Of a DNA stretch of 64,000 bases, positions 26,263 to 35,699 are shown one piece after another. The stretch comes from an uncultured Candidatus Saccharibacteria bacterium (GTDB lineage: Bacteria; Patescibacteriota; Minisyncoccia; HO2-45-28), in the NCBI GenBank assembly GCA_964574495.1, contig CAZNNT010000001.1, positions 5,194-69,193 of the forward strand, given 5' to 3'. The stretch's first letter is position 1. Each line of letters starts with the position of its first letter. The translations under genes were made by a program, and so were the position numbers. Below the pieces are notes generated by a model, which saw nothing but the letters and a program-made list of their open reading frames with translations, searched no databases and was not told the origin of the DNA.

Positions 26263-27270
26263 TTATTTTCCCAGATGTTGGAACCACGCTTTGGTGGCTT
26301 TCTCAATTCCTTTGGGTGTCCAGACCGGAGCGCCGCGCCAATAATCAATGTTTTTCAGAAGTTCTTTAACGCCTTCCTCAAACGAAACCTCCGGCGACCA
26401 GCCAAGCTTTGATTTAATCTTTGCGATATCGGCGCAAGTTACATCCGGCTCACCGGGCCTTTTCGGCAAATTCACGGTTTCTTTCGCCCCCAAAAGCCGG
26501 ACTATTTCATTTACGCTCCGAGGCGCGCCCGAGCCGACATTGAAAATTTCTCCCGAAATATCCGATTCAGCCGCGGCCAGAAACGCGCGAGCGACATCTG
26601 AAACGAAAACAAAATCCCTTTTTTGCTCCCCGTCGCCGACCACTGTCAGCGGCTTATTATAAATCAATTGCGCCAGAAATATTCCGAAGACCGCGCCGTA
26701 AGCTCCGGAAGTGCGCGATCGCGGACCGTAAACATTGAACATACGCAAAGAAATTGCCGGCAAGCCGTAAACCTTGTTCCACTGCATCACCAATTCTTCG
26801 CCAAGACGCTTGGTCAAAGCATAGGGATATTGCGGTGAAATTTCAGCGCTTTCCGGAGTCGGATAAATATCGGGAATGCCGTAGCAGGAAGAGGAGGCCG
26901 CGTAGATAAATCTTTTAACACCGTACTGGATAGAGGCCTCTAAAACGTTCAGCGTTCCCTCAACATTGTTTTCAAAGTAATGTCTCGGAAACTCAATGGA
27001 CGGTACTATATCGGCTAGGCCGGCCAGATGAAAAACCCAATCGGCTCCGGCAAATGCCGACGCCACTGTCATATCGCGAATACTCATTCTAATAAAGCTC
27101 ATATTCTTGGCTTCAGGCAAAAGTTCCATCTGCCGAATATTTTCAAAACGGCCCGTAGTCAGACTATCCACCACAATAACTTTATGGCCTTTTTTAAGAA
27201 GCAGTTCAACCAAGTGGCTGCCGATAAAACCGGCCCCGCCCGTCACAACAGCTGTTTTCCGCTCTTCCAT
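26263..27270 (-). CDS. NAD-dependent epimerase/dehydratase
   Basis: TGGAGFIGSH, YALTK, FNVYGPR, GDGEQKRDF; SD AGGAG before ATG 27270. Confidence 0.92.
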   Translation of the reverse strand: MEERKTAVVTGGAGFIGSHLVELLLKKGHKVIVVDSLTTGRFENIRQMELLPEAKNMSFIRMSIRDMTVASAFAGADWVFHLAGLADIVPSIEFPRHYFENNVEGTLNVLEASIQYGVKRFIYAASSSCYGIPDIYPTPESAEISPQYPYALTKRLGEELVMQWNKVYGLPAISLRMFNVYGPRSRTSGAYGAVFGIFLAQLIYNKPLTVVGDGEQKRDFVFVSDVARAFLAAAESDISGEIFNVGSGAPRSVNEIVRLLGAKETVNLPKRPGEPDVTCADIAKIKSKLGWSPEVSFEEGVKELLKNIDYWRGAPVWTPKGIEKATKAWFQHLGK

Positions 27271-27422
27271 TTCTTCTCCTTTCCTGATGAAAAGAACTTT
27301 GAAAACTAGCGGCCTCGGTGGCCGCGAATCCCCAACAAACCTATCACAAAAGGCGGATTTTATCAATCAAAATCTTTAATATTTACGGATTACTGCTTAT
27401 TTGTTCATCCAGTTCCAAAATA

Positions 27423-27452
27423 AGAGCAGTGGAGAAATTCCTCCACTGCTTT
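27423..27452 (-). terminator. Intrinsic terminator hairpin
   Basis: AGCAGTGGAG-6 nt-CTCCACTGCT. Confidence 0.7.
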
Positions 27453-27477
27453 TGTTTTATTAGCGAACTTTCGGCGC

Positions 27478-28575
27478 TTAAACGCGCTCAAGCACCTGAA
27501 AAAACCACTGTGACCTGTTTGGAACGGCTAGCTCTTCGGGTGTTACCGAAGCCAACAGTCGCGAACGAACTTCCCGGCCCAGCTTCATCTTTTCTTCAAA
27601 CGGAATATCCACCGACCCCATCATCATTGGGAAGCCCGCGAATATTGAATCCAAATAGTTTACGCAGACATTTTCCAAATGATGGAATCTCTCGAGCTTA
27701 AACCCGTTTTCCGCAAAAATACTCTTGAGCGTGCTTCTTGGAAACAAATTGCTTCTTTTCGGCACGTCATTCTCTATGCCATATCTCTTCTTCAGGAGTC
27801 CTGCGAAAATAGAGTGGAACTTCAGAAAAACTGGGTGTTCAACTGCCACGTTTCCGCAGAAATCCTGTTCTTCTTCAGGCGCGTCGTCAAACGTAATGAA
27901 ATCCTCGCCCTCCATCAGCACCATAATTCCGCCCGGCTTCATAACTTTGGCCAACGGCCTAAGCGCCACGGAACAAGCGGACTTCAGGAGGATTTCAGTC
28001 GGAATTTCAGGCGACTTTTTTTTCATTTCGGCAAGCGATTGGATTACCGGCCAGTGCAGGTAATTGCTCCCGACAATAAGGTCTATCGGGTCCAACCCCA
28101 AAGAATCCACCCGAAGGCCGTCGGCCTTGATGGCTTCCAGTTTTCCTCCGCGCCTCAAAAAAATACCTCCGCGAAAAGCATTTCTCATAGCTAAAAGGTG
28201 GCGCAGAGTCGGCTCAAAATACTCGCCTAGGACTTCGCGCGCTCCTTCTTTGCCGGACATCCAATCTGACAAATTTTTGTTCCCGACCAACGCCTCTTTC
28301 AAAAGCTCAATCATTCCTCCTGAATTATCAACGGCATAAATCTTTTCTGGCGCGTAAGCGGCTGCCGCGAGGGCGACCGTTCCGAAACCGCACCCTATGT
28401 CCAGCACTGTTCTATCTCTGATGCCGAGGTGAGCGTCAGCAAGGGCCGCAATTATCGCGGCAACTCCTTCATAACCTCCGCTTGTGGGACTTATAGACGC
28501 GTAAAGCAGAGGGTAAATACTTGAAAAAACCTTATCCGCTTTCTCTCCTTGCCTGCTTCCCGCGCTATCAGCCAT
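27478..28575 (-). CDS. Class I SAM-dependent methyltransferase
   Basis: VLDIGCGFG, YAVDNS, MKPGG; SD AAGGAG. Confidence 0.8.
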   Translation of the reverse strand: MADSAGSRQGEKADKVFSSIYPLLYASISPTSGGYEGVAAIIAALADAHLGIRDRTVLDIGCGFGTVALAAAAYAPEKIYAVDNSGGMIELLKEALVGNKNLSDWMSGKEGAREVLGEYFEPTLRHLLAMRNAFRGGIFLRRGGKLEAIKADGLRVDSLGLDPIDLIVGSNYLHWPVIQSLAEMKKKSPEIPTEILLKSACSVALRPLAKVMKPGGIMVLMEGEDFITFDDAPEEEQDFCGNVAVEHPVFLKFHSIFAGLLKKRYGIENDVPKRSNLFPRSTLKSIFAENGFKLERFHHLENVCVNYLDSIFAGFPMMMGSVDIPFEEKMKLGREVRSRLLASVTPEELAVPNRSQWFFQVLERV

Positions 28576-29266
28576 CGCCGTTCTCCTTCCTTGGGGTGAG
28601 ATTTCGGTTCTTCCTGTACGCGAACCAAAGAAGAACAATTGAGCCGTAAAGTAAAAACGCGATTGAATTCACGATCCCCAATATCAGTCCCACCTCGGCG
28701 GAATGCGCTTCAGACGAGCGGCCGACAAAAAAGCCGTAACTCGCCCAAAAAAACACACCGAGGGTAAAAACAATCATTGAACGAATATCCACGTCGCCCG
28801 CGTTCTTGTTGCGCCATATTTCCAACGGCTGAGCGACCAGAGCCGTCAATCCTGCCAACATAAAAACAAAGAACATTTCCCCCTTCCACGGCAAAAAAAA
28901 CATTGCCGGAATCATCAGCGAGAAGAGCGCGCAACAGATTTTTTCCCCCTTCCTCAGGCGCTTGAACTTGAACATACCGTGAAAAATTGGAATAATGCTG
29001 TACCCGAGAATCAGCCCGTTGAAAAGAATCGCCATACTGCCGACAAAAACAGCGTAGATCGCGTACGAGTAGCAAAGAAAAGCTTCGTAGAAAAAAGTGA
29101 TTGCCGACACGGACTCCGCGGATCTGTTTTTCCAGATTGTCTCGCCTTGCTTTTTGTAACCCCATCCGTCAATGAGGGTAAATAAAATAGTGAGCAAGAA
29201 GGTCAACGTGACCGGATTCCACCCCCACGACCGCCACTCAATGGTCTGCTTTAATATGTCAAACAT
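28568..29266 (-). CDS. PQ-loop/SWEET-like membrane protein with two internal repeats
   Basis: Q..TIWKNRSAESVS and Q..EIWRNKNAGDVD repeats, ~7 TM segments. Confidence 0.7.
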   Translation of the reverse strand: MFDILKQTIEWRSWGWNPVTLTFLLTILFTLIDGWGYKKQGETIWKNRSAESVSAITFFYEAFLCYSYAIYAVFVGSMAILFNGLILGYSIIPIFHGMFKFKRLRKGEKICCALFSLMIPAMFFLPWKGEMFFVFMLAGLTALVAQPLEIWRNKNAGDVDIRSMIVFTLGVFFWASYGFFVGRSSEAHSAEVGLILGIVNSIAFLLYGSIVLLWFAYRKNRNLTPRKENGDG

Positions 29267-29375
29267 CTGTCCTTGCCTCCAAATTCAGCCCAAATATCTC
29301 TTTTGCTTTAATCGGGCATCCACTAGAAATAAATCACAACAAAGCCGTGTTGTCAATACATTTGGTATACGAGAT

Positions 29376-30176
29376 TTATATCGCGGTCCAGCCGCCGTCA
29401 ACTATGAGATTATGGCCGGTGACATATCGGGATTCGTCCGATAAAAGAAAAATCAGCGGCCCGCAAATTTCTTCGGGACGGGCAAAACGCCCCAGGGGCA
29501 CTCTTTTGGAAAAATTGCTCACGAACGCTTTATTTCGCATTCTTTGGTCTTCGTCAAAAAAAATCCCGCCGGGGCTCAAGGCGTTCACGCGGATATTGTG
29601 CCTGCCGAGAAGCGCGGCAAGATATCTCGTAAAATTGATAAGACCGCCTTTGTGAAAAGCGTAATATTCGGCGTTGGCTTCTTTCGCGCCGGGATAAATT
29701 GAGGGGTCGTGCGCCACCACGCCGTAAATGGAGCCGATCTTGACTATGACTCCGGATTTTTGTTTTTTCATTATTTTAGCCGCTTCGCGCGTCATTAAAA
29801 AATTTCCGTTGACATTGACGTCCGTCGCCTTTCTGAAATTGGCCAAACTTCGCGAGGTAAAACTTTCAGCCGTCGGACGATGCACCGCGTTATTCACCAG
29901 GCCGTCAAGGCGCTTAAATTTTTTGATGGCGGCGTCCAGACATTCTTTAACCGATTTTTCATCGGTTATATCAAGCTCGCGGGCAAATAAACGCCGGCTG
30001 TCCTTCGCGATTTTATTTTTCAGTTTTAGGCATCCGGCATAATCAAGGTCGGCCAGAATCACATTGGCTCCGGCATTATATAAAGCTCCGGCAAAATGGC
30101 TGCCGAGCATGCCCGACGCTCCGGTCAGCAGGATTGTTTTGCCGCCCAAACGATAATCAGACGAGATGCGTTTCAT
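29376..30176 (-). CDS. SDR oxidoreductase (PtmA-like)
   Basis: TGASGMLG, LVNNA, SIYG, YAFHKGG, RVNALSPGG, TGHNLIVDGG. Confidence 0.88.
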   Translation of the reverse strand: MKRISSDYRLGGKTILLTGASGMLGSHFAGALYNAGANVILADLDYAGCLKLKNKIAKDSRRLFARELDITDEKSVKECLDAAIKKFKRLDGLVNNAVHRPTAESFTSRSLANFRKATDVNVNGNFLMTREAAKIMKKQKSGVIVKIGSIYGVVAHDPSIYPGAKEANAEYYAFHKGGLINFTRYLAALLGRHNIRVNALSPGGIFFDEDQRMRNKAFVSNFSKRVPLGRFARPEEICGPLIFLLSDESRYVTGHNLIVDGGWTAI

Positions 30177-31209
30177 TTTCAATTTCTTTTAATAGTTTTA
30201 AAATTTCTTTTTCCTTTAATTTTCTGGCGTGCTCCGAAGAAAAAACGCGGCTTGCGGTTTTAAGCGCCGAGCCGTAACCGCTCGGATGGCTATAGCCCCA
30301 AACCTCTTTTCGCGGAGTCAAAATATACATATCTTTGGTTTCCAAGACGCCGCGAACCTCGTGGTCGGCCAGCAATTGCTCGTGCTTTTTTTCTCCCGCG
30401 CGCAGTCCCATAATTTTGGTTTTAATTTCCGAGCGTTTTTTTCCCAAAACTCCGGAGTAATATTGAATTGCCGCGCTCACGAGATTTTTCAATTTAACCG
30501 CCGGCATTTTAAAAACGAAAATCTCCTGGCCCTTGGTTAAAACGGCCGCGCGCAAAACCAAACCGACCGCCTGCGGAATGGTCATTATAAATCTGGTCAT
30601 TTCCGGATTGGTTACGGTTACTGACGAACCCTGGATAATTTGATTTTTAATCAACGGGAGTATGCTTCCGGAAGAGCCCAAAACATTTCCGAAGCGCACG
30701 CAGGTATACTTTGTTTTTTTGTCGCCGCGGTAATAATAAGAATTTAAAATCAGTTTTTCGGCCATCAGTTTAGACGCGCCTAAAACACCTTCGGGATTTA
30801 CGGCTTTATCGGTGGAAATGGAAACAACTTTATCCACGTTAAATTCCCTCGCGACATCAATAACATTCTGGGTTCCTAAAATATTCGTGGCTACGGCCTC
30901 AAAAGGGTCGTTGTCGCATATGTCCACATGCTTCATGGCTGCCGCGTGAAAAACAATGTCTATGCCCTCCATGGCTAGACGCAAACGGTTTTTATCCCGA
31001 ATGTCGCCGACAATAAAACGGACGGGATGTTCTTGTTCAAATCCTATTTCCTGCCTGAATTTATGGTGTCCATACTCGCCCCTCGCAAAAACCCGTACGC
31101 TTCTGGGACCGAAAGGAATGAGTTGCCTGACGATCTCCGAGCCGATAGAGCCGGTGCCGCCGGTCACCAAAATTCTTTTATCCTTGAACTCTTTAATAAA
31201 ATCGTTCAT
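30157..31209 (-). CDS. UDP-sugar 4,6-dehydratase-like polysaccharide biosynthesis protein (CapD/PseB family)
   Basis: TGGTGSIG, FHAAAMKHV, ISTDKAVNP, RFGNVLGS, MTRF, GEKKHE. Confidence 0.9.
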   Translation of the reverse strand: MNDFIKEFKDKRILVTGGTGSIGSEIVRQLIPFGPRSVRVFARGEYGHHKFRQEIGFEQEHPVRFIVGDIRDKNRLRLAMEGIDIVFHAAAMKHVDICDNDPFEAVATNILGTQNVIDVAREFNVDKVVSISTDKAVNPEGVLGASKLMAEKLILNSYYYRGDKKTKYTCVRFGNVLGSSGSILPLIKNQIIQGSSVTVTNPEMTRFIMTIPQAVGLVLRAAVLTKGQEIFVFKMPAVKLKNLVSAAIQYYSGVLGKKRSEIKTKIMGLRAGEKKHEQLLADHEVRGVLETKDMYILTPRKEVWGYSHPSGYGSALKTASRVFSSEHARKLKEKEILKLLKEIENETHLV

Positions 31210-31331
31210 ATCTATACTTTATTTTCTACCACACCGACGGGTCTTTGCAAATACTTGCATTATTTTTTATGTATGGTAATATGTGAACGAAACAACGGCA
31301 GATGAACTAACGCCGCACAAGGAGGCAAAAT

Positions 31332-31733
31332 ATGAAAATAGACATGAAGGCAGCAGTTGAACTCATCCGAAAATTAAGTTCTTCGCATAAACCAAAAAGC
31401 AAACAAAGAAAAACCAAAATTACCGGAGCCGCAAAAGAAATGTTGCCGCATATTAAAACTCTGCCGCAAAAAACAATAGAAAAATTTGTCAGAAAAATCG
31501 CCCTAACCGAACCATGGATAGAAATCCACAGCACTAGTATTGCGGTCGCGTACGGTAGTGAAGGACCGATGTTTTTTAGGTGCATCTTCTGTGGCCTTGC
31601 AACCGAGGCACATTTAAACGGTCATTCTATACCTGAATCCAAAATCCGGCATAAAAAAGATTGCCCGCAACGCATGGCCCTGGAAATCATCGGCTTAGTC
31701 CGACGTACACGAAACACGCATACACGAGTCTGA
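31332..31733 (+). CDS. Hypothetical basic protein with a CxxC...HxxxC putative Zn-binding motif
   Basis: AAGGAGG SD, own promoter and terminator, CIFC...HKKDC. Confidence 0.65.
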   Translation: MKIDMKAAVELIRKLSSSHKPKSKQRKTKITGAAKEMLPHIKTLPQKTIEKFVRKIALTEPWIEIHSTSIAVAYGSEGPMFFRCIFCGLATEAHLNGHSIPESKIRHKKDCPQRMALEIIGLVRRTRNTHTRV

Positions 31734-31741
31734 CTTGTGTA
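31719..31741. repeat. Solo REP-like palindrome of the RAYT-flanking family
   Basis: CATACACGAGTCTGACTTGTGTA, one mismatch to the CACAAGTC-W-GACTTGTG core. Confidence 0.8.
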
Positions 31742-31747
31742 TCACGC

Positions 31748-31774
31748 CTCGGCGATTTGTTGCCGGGGTTTTTT
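31748..31774 (+). terminator. Intrinsic terminator
   Basis: CCTCGGCGA...TTGCCGGGG plus T run. Confidence 0.65.
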
Positions 31775-32891
31775 ATGTGCTATTTTTTACCATTTCGGCC
31801 AATCTCTGGCAAATATATTCAATATCCGATTTTTCAAGGCCGATATAAAAAGGCAGGGCGATTGATGAAGAACTGATTGATTCCGAAACCGGAAAATCGC
31901 CCTCGCGAAACCCGAAGGCCTTACGATAAAAATCAAAAAGATGGATTGAGGGCAAATAGGGCTTGGTTGAAATGCCGAGACCGGCTAATTTTTTAATGAC
32001 TCCGTCGCGGTCCGCTCCCGTCTTAATTCTCGCGACATAAACGAACCAGGAATGGGTATTATCGGGATGAATTTCGGGAGCCGAAATCGTTTCGCCGTAT
32101 TTTCCCAATTCTTCCGAATACCATGAAGCGATTTTTCGCCGCTCCTCTATAATTTTGGGGAGTTTTTTAAGCTGAACGATTCCCAAAGCCGCGCTTAACT
32201 CATTCATCCGGTAGTTATAGCCGAGCCGTTCGTGGTCAAGCCATTGCATATTTTCGGAACGACCTTGATTACGCAAAGACCGACAAAGGGCGTCAATCTT
32301 TTGGTCATTGGTCGTAATGACGCCGCCTTCGGTGGTGGTCATTTGCTTATTGGGATAAAAAGAAAACACCGCGGCGTCGCCGAAAGTTCCGACTTTTTTA
32401 TTTTTATGTTCGGCCATAATGCTTTCACAAGCGTCTTCCACGACTACCAGAGCGTGTTTTTTGGCAAATGCCGTTATCGGGTCCATATCGCAGGATTGGC
32501 CGAAAATATGCACCGGCAAAATCGCTTTTGTTTTGGATGTTATTTTTTTCTCAACTTCTTTGGGGTCAATATTAAAAGTGAGCGGATTGATATCGGCAAA
32601 AACCGGCTTCGCGCCAACATATAAAATCGCGTTGGCTGACGCAATAAAAGAAAAAGGCGAGGTTATAACTTCGTCTCCCGCTTTTATGCCGGAGGCGATT
32701 AAAGCCAGGTGCAGCCCGGCCGTTCCGCTTGAAACCGCGCAGGCGTAATCGGAACCGATGAGTTTAGCGAATTTATTCTCAAACTCCTCTATTTTCGGGC
32801 CGATGCTTAAAACGCCGGAACGCAAAACTTCCAGAATAATTTTTTCTTCTTCTTCGTCAAAATGCGGTTTTGCCATTGGATATTTCGGCAT
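31773..32891 (-). CDS. DegT/DnrJ sugar aminotransferase
   Basis: SSGTAGLH, EDACE, FSFYPNKQMTT.EGG, GYNYRM. Confidence 0.92.
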   Translation of the reverse strand: MPKYPMAKPHFDEEEEKIILEVLRSGVLSIGPKIEEFENKFAKLIGSDYACAVSSGTAGLHLALIASGIKAGDEVITSPFSFIASANAILYVGAKPVFADINPLTFNIDPKEVEKKITSKTKAILPVHIFGQSCDMDPITAFAKKHALVVVEDACESIMAEHKNKKVGTFGDAAVFSFYPNKQMTTTEGGVITTNDQKIDALCRSLRNQGRSENMQWLDHERLGYNYRMNELSAALGIVQLKKLPKIIEERRKIASWYSEELGKYGETISAPEIHPDNTHSWFVYVARIKTGADRDGVIKKLAGLGISTKPYLPSIHLFDFYRKAFGFREGDFPVSESISSSSIALPFYIGLEKSDIEYICQRLAEMVKNST

Positions 32892-32897
32892 ATGAAT

Positions 32898-34574
32898 TTA
32901 AAAAATATTTATATCGGATTCCGAGCGTTCTTTTCTTTGGCCGGCAGCAGCCGTTTTCTCCACCTCTTTTGACGGTATGAAAACCTCGTTCCAATAGCGG
33001 AAAAGATGCGCCGGCCGAAAGACCAACGGCCTAAAAGGACGATTAAAAAATAATTTTTGCAAAATCGCGTTGACGGGGTTAAACCCCAGAAAGCTCGCGG
33101 CCCCCGTCGTTCCTGAAAAACGGCAGTTTATTTCAAAAATTTTCGCGAGCCCGCCGGATTTTCTCAATTGAAAATTGCACGGCCCTTCAACCTTCAAGGC
33201 CTTGCCGACATTCGTCACAAGTTCCTCTATTTCTTTATCGCGAACCGCCACCGCTTTATAAGTATCGCCGTCCCGCAGCCACCGGTTCATCACAATTACT
33301 CCGTAGCAGACGCCGTTATCAAAAAACGACCCGCAGGTGTATTCCTGGTCTTTTTCGGAAAGATATTCCTGAACTATAAGGTCCGGATTTTTTGATAAAG
33401 CCCCGAGCAAAGCCGGTTCATCCGAGACCAGTTGAAAACCGATTGATCGCGCGCCGATTCTCGGCTTTAAAACCAAAGGGAAGCCGGCCTCCTTCAAAAA
33501 TTCTCCAGCCCTATCCGCCAAAGCCGAGCGGACATAAGGGAAATTATGCGATTTTAAAAACTCCGCTGTTTTCCATTTATCGTCTGATATGGCCACGGCT
33601 TCGAGATTGCCAACCACCACCTTGGCGCCCGATCGCATTTCAAAATCATCTCTATTTTGGGAGAGTATCTTTAACTCCGTGTCGGTGCCGATAAAAACGG
33701 CTTCCACTCCTTCGCCCTTGCAAATTTTTTCCAAAACGCCCAAATAAGTCGGGTCGTCCGGACCGGGAACTATGTAGGCGGCATCCGCCCGGTATAGCCC
33801 CGCGGCCAGATGATTCATATCGGTCGCGATAATTCTTGTTTTTACTTTAGAAAGTTTGAGCGATTTAATAATGCTCTGACCCACGCCGGCTCCCGCGCCC
33901 GTAACCAAGACCGTGATTAAACGGGTCAAATCAAAAGCCGAATCGCCTATTTCCCGCAAGTCATTATGGACATCGCTGCCAAAAGAAAAATTATCTATAT
34001 TGCCTTTGGCGATTTCTTCCGAGACCAGATTTTTGAGCGGTTCGGCCGCGTGCTTGGCGTTGAATTCAAATTTAACGCCGTTAGCCGCGCATAATTTATA
34101 AACCTCTTCTACATATTCCCGAGGGGGAGAGTAGTTATAAAAGCGTTTGCTCATGCTGAAAGGGTGACCCAAAATATCAATTTTCGGATGGCGCGCGAGC
34201 GCCTTGGTCAATTCGTATTCTTTTTCCAAAAGTTCTTCCCGACTCATTGATTTGATGCCTTCAAAATGATGAACGCTGCCGACAATGACTTCCGCGGCGT
34301 CCAAAATGTCGTCTCGTGTGTTTAAAGAGCCGTCGTCAAGTATTTTTACTTCGCACCCCGCTCTAACGCTAAAGCCGGGGTAATTTAGACGGAGTTTTTT
34401 GATTTCGGCGACATAGTCGGAAAACCAATCCGTATTTTTATCCACGTGGTCGGCAAAAATAAGATTCAGTTGATCGCGCAAATGATTATGCTCTAATAAT
34501 TCGGCGATGGAATGCCGGCCGTCGCTGTAAGAAGAATGCATATGATTTTCCTCAAAACGGGTCTTTATGGACAT
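32898..34574 (-). CDS. PHP-domain + ATP-grasp fusion protein
   Basis: N-terminal HMHSSYSDG, DH, GSVHH, GHP, FGSD.H; C-terminal VTGAG, DKWKT, KPRIGARS, QEYL, EINCRFSG. Confidence 0.8.
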   Translation of the reverse strand: MSIKTRFEENHMHSSYSDGRHSIAELLEHNHLRDQLNLIFADHVDKNTDWFSDYVAEIKKLRLNYPGFSVRAGCEVKILDDGSLNTRDDILDAAEVIVGSVHHFEGIKSMSREELLEKEYELTKALARHPKIDILGHPFSMSKRFYNYSPPREYVEEVYKLCAANGVKFEFNAKHAAEPLKNLVSEEIAKGNIDNFSFGSDVHNDLREIGDSAFDLTRLITVLVTGAGAGVGQSIIKSLKLSKVKTRIIATDMNHLAAGLYRADAAYIVPGPDDPTYLGVLEKICKGEGVEAVFIGTDTELKILSQNRDDFEMRSGAKVVVGNLEAVAISDDKWKTAEFLKSHNFPYVRSALADRAGEFLKEAGFPLVLKPRIGARSIGFQLVSDEPALLGALSKNPDLIVQEYLSEKDQEYTCGSFFDNGVCYGVIVMNRWLRDGDTYKAVAVRDKEIEELVTNVGKALKVEGPCNFQLRKSGGLAKIFEINCRFSGTTGAASFLGFNPVNAILQKLFFNRPFRPLVFRPAHLFRYWNEVFIPSKEVEKTAAAGQRKERSESDINIF

Positions 34575-34583
34575 GCCGGCATT

Positions 34584-35699
34584 CTATAGGTTTTTTAAAA
34601 ATTTTTCAATCGCTTTAGCGATGCCGTCGGCGACTCGTCCGCCGCGATAGACCGACGGCTTACGCCTTAAATTCAAACGAAAACGCGGCGATATCGCCTT
34701 ACGGACCCCTTTTAAAATGTCGTCCGGGTCATAATCGCTGAAAATCACGTTTGATCCGGCTTCGCGGTTTTGCTGGCGACGGCCGACATTCACAAAAGGC
34801 GTTTTTAAATAATCCCCCTCCATAAGCCCCGAACTGCTGTTGCCGATTAAAGCCGCGCTTTCTTTCATCAATCCCAGATAATCCGCGCGTTCAATATGCC
34901 GATAAACGCGGAAATGGGGATTTTTGCGAAGCGCCTCTATTTTTTTTATGAAATATCCGCTGCCTTCGTCGGAATTGGGATACAAAACTATTTTTTCGTC
35001 TTGAAAATCAAGGCGCCGAAGCGCGGATACGACCGAATTAATCTGTTTGAAGATCGGCGCGCCGTCAAGAATCGTCGGATGATGAACGACAAGAAACCAC
35101 CGTTTCGCGATATCAAGATGAAAACGCGAGGACAATTCTTTTCTTTTGGGCAAGGAATTCCGGTTAAGCCGGTCTAATCCGGCGGAACCGACTACTTTTA
35201 CTAAAGCGGGGTTGGCGCCAAGAGCAATTATATTTTTTTTGCTTTTGGCCGTCTGCACCAAATGGAGTTTAGAAAAAAGAGTGATGGCGTTACGCAAATA
35301 CTGATCCACCGTCGGCCCGGAAACATCTCCGCCGGAGACATGAATAACCGGAATTCCGAGATGCAGTCCCGCGACGGCCGCGGCAAAACCCTCGTCGCGA
35401 TCGGCAATAACCAAAAGCGCGTCAACTTTGCGGCGCTTAAGATAGCGCCCTATGCCGGCAATCTCCTTGCTTAGCGCTTCAAGTTGATTGTCAAATTCTC
35501 CGACCCGAACCACGGCGTCAACGCGCGCGTCTTTTTTCACCTCGTTTAAAGTCAACCCGAACCGACGCTGGGTATGCATGCCGGTCGCGAGTATTTTTAA
35601 ATTTATTTTTGGACTTTTAAGCAGGCGAAAAATAGTTGACCTGAAAAGCCCCCATTCCGCGCGCGTTCCGGTAACGAATAAAATTGTTTTTTTATTCAT
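34584..35699 (-). CDS. neuC: UDP-GlcNAc 2-epimerase (hydrolysing), NeuC/LegG family
   Basis: TGTRAEWG, TGMH, DRDE, R.AIT, HP, YPNSD.G, GNSSSG, RQ..RE. Confidence 0.88.
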   Translation of the reverse strand: MNKKTILFVTGTRAEWGLFRSTIFRLLKSPKINLKILATGMHTQRRFGLTLNEVKKDARVDAVVRVGEFDNQLEALSKEIAGIGRYLKRRKVDALLVIADRDEGFAAAVAGLHLGIPVIHVSGGDVSGPTVDQYLRNAITLFSKLHLVQTAKSKKNIIALGANPALVKVVGSAGLDRLNRNSLPKRKELSSRFHLDIAKRWFLVVHHPTILDGAPIFKQINSVVSALRRLDFQDEKIVLYPNSDEGSGYFIKKIEALRKNPHFRVYRHIERADYLGLMKESAALIGNSSSGLMEGDYLKTPFVNVGRRQQNREAGSNVIFSDYDPDDILKGVRKAISPRFRLNLRRKPSVYRGGRVADGIAKAIEKFLKNL

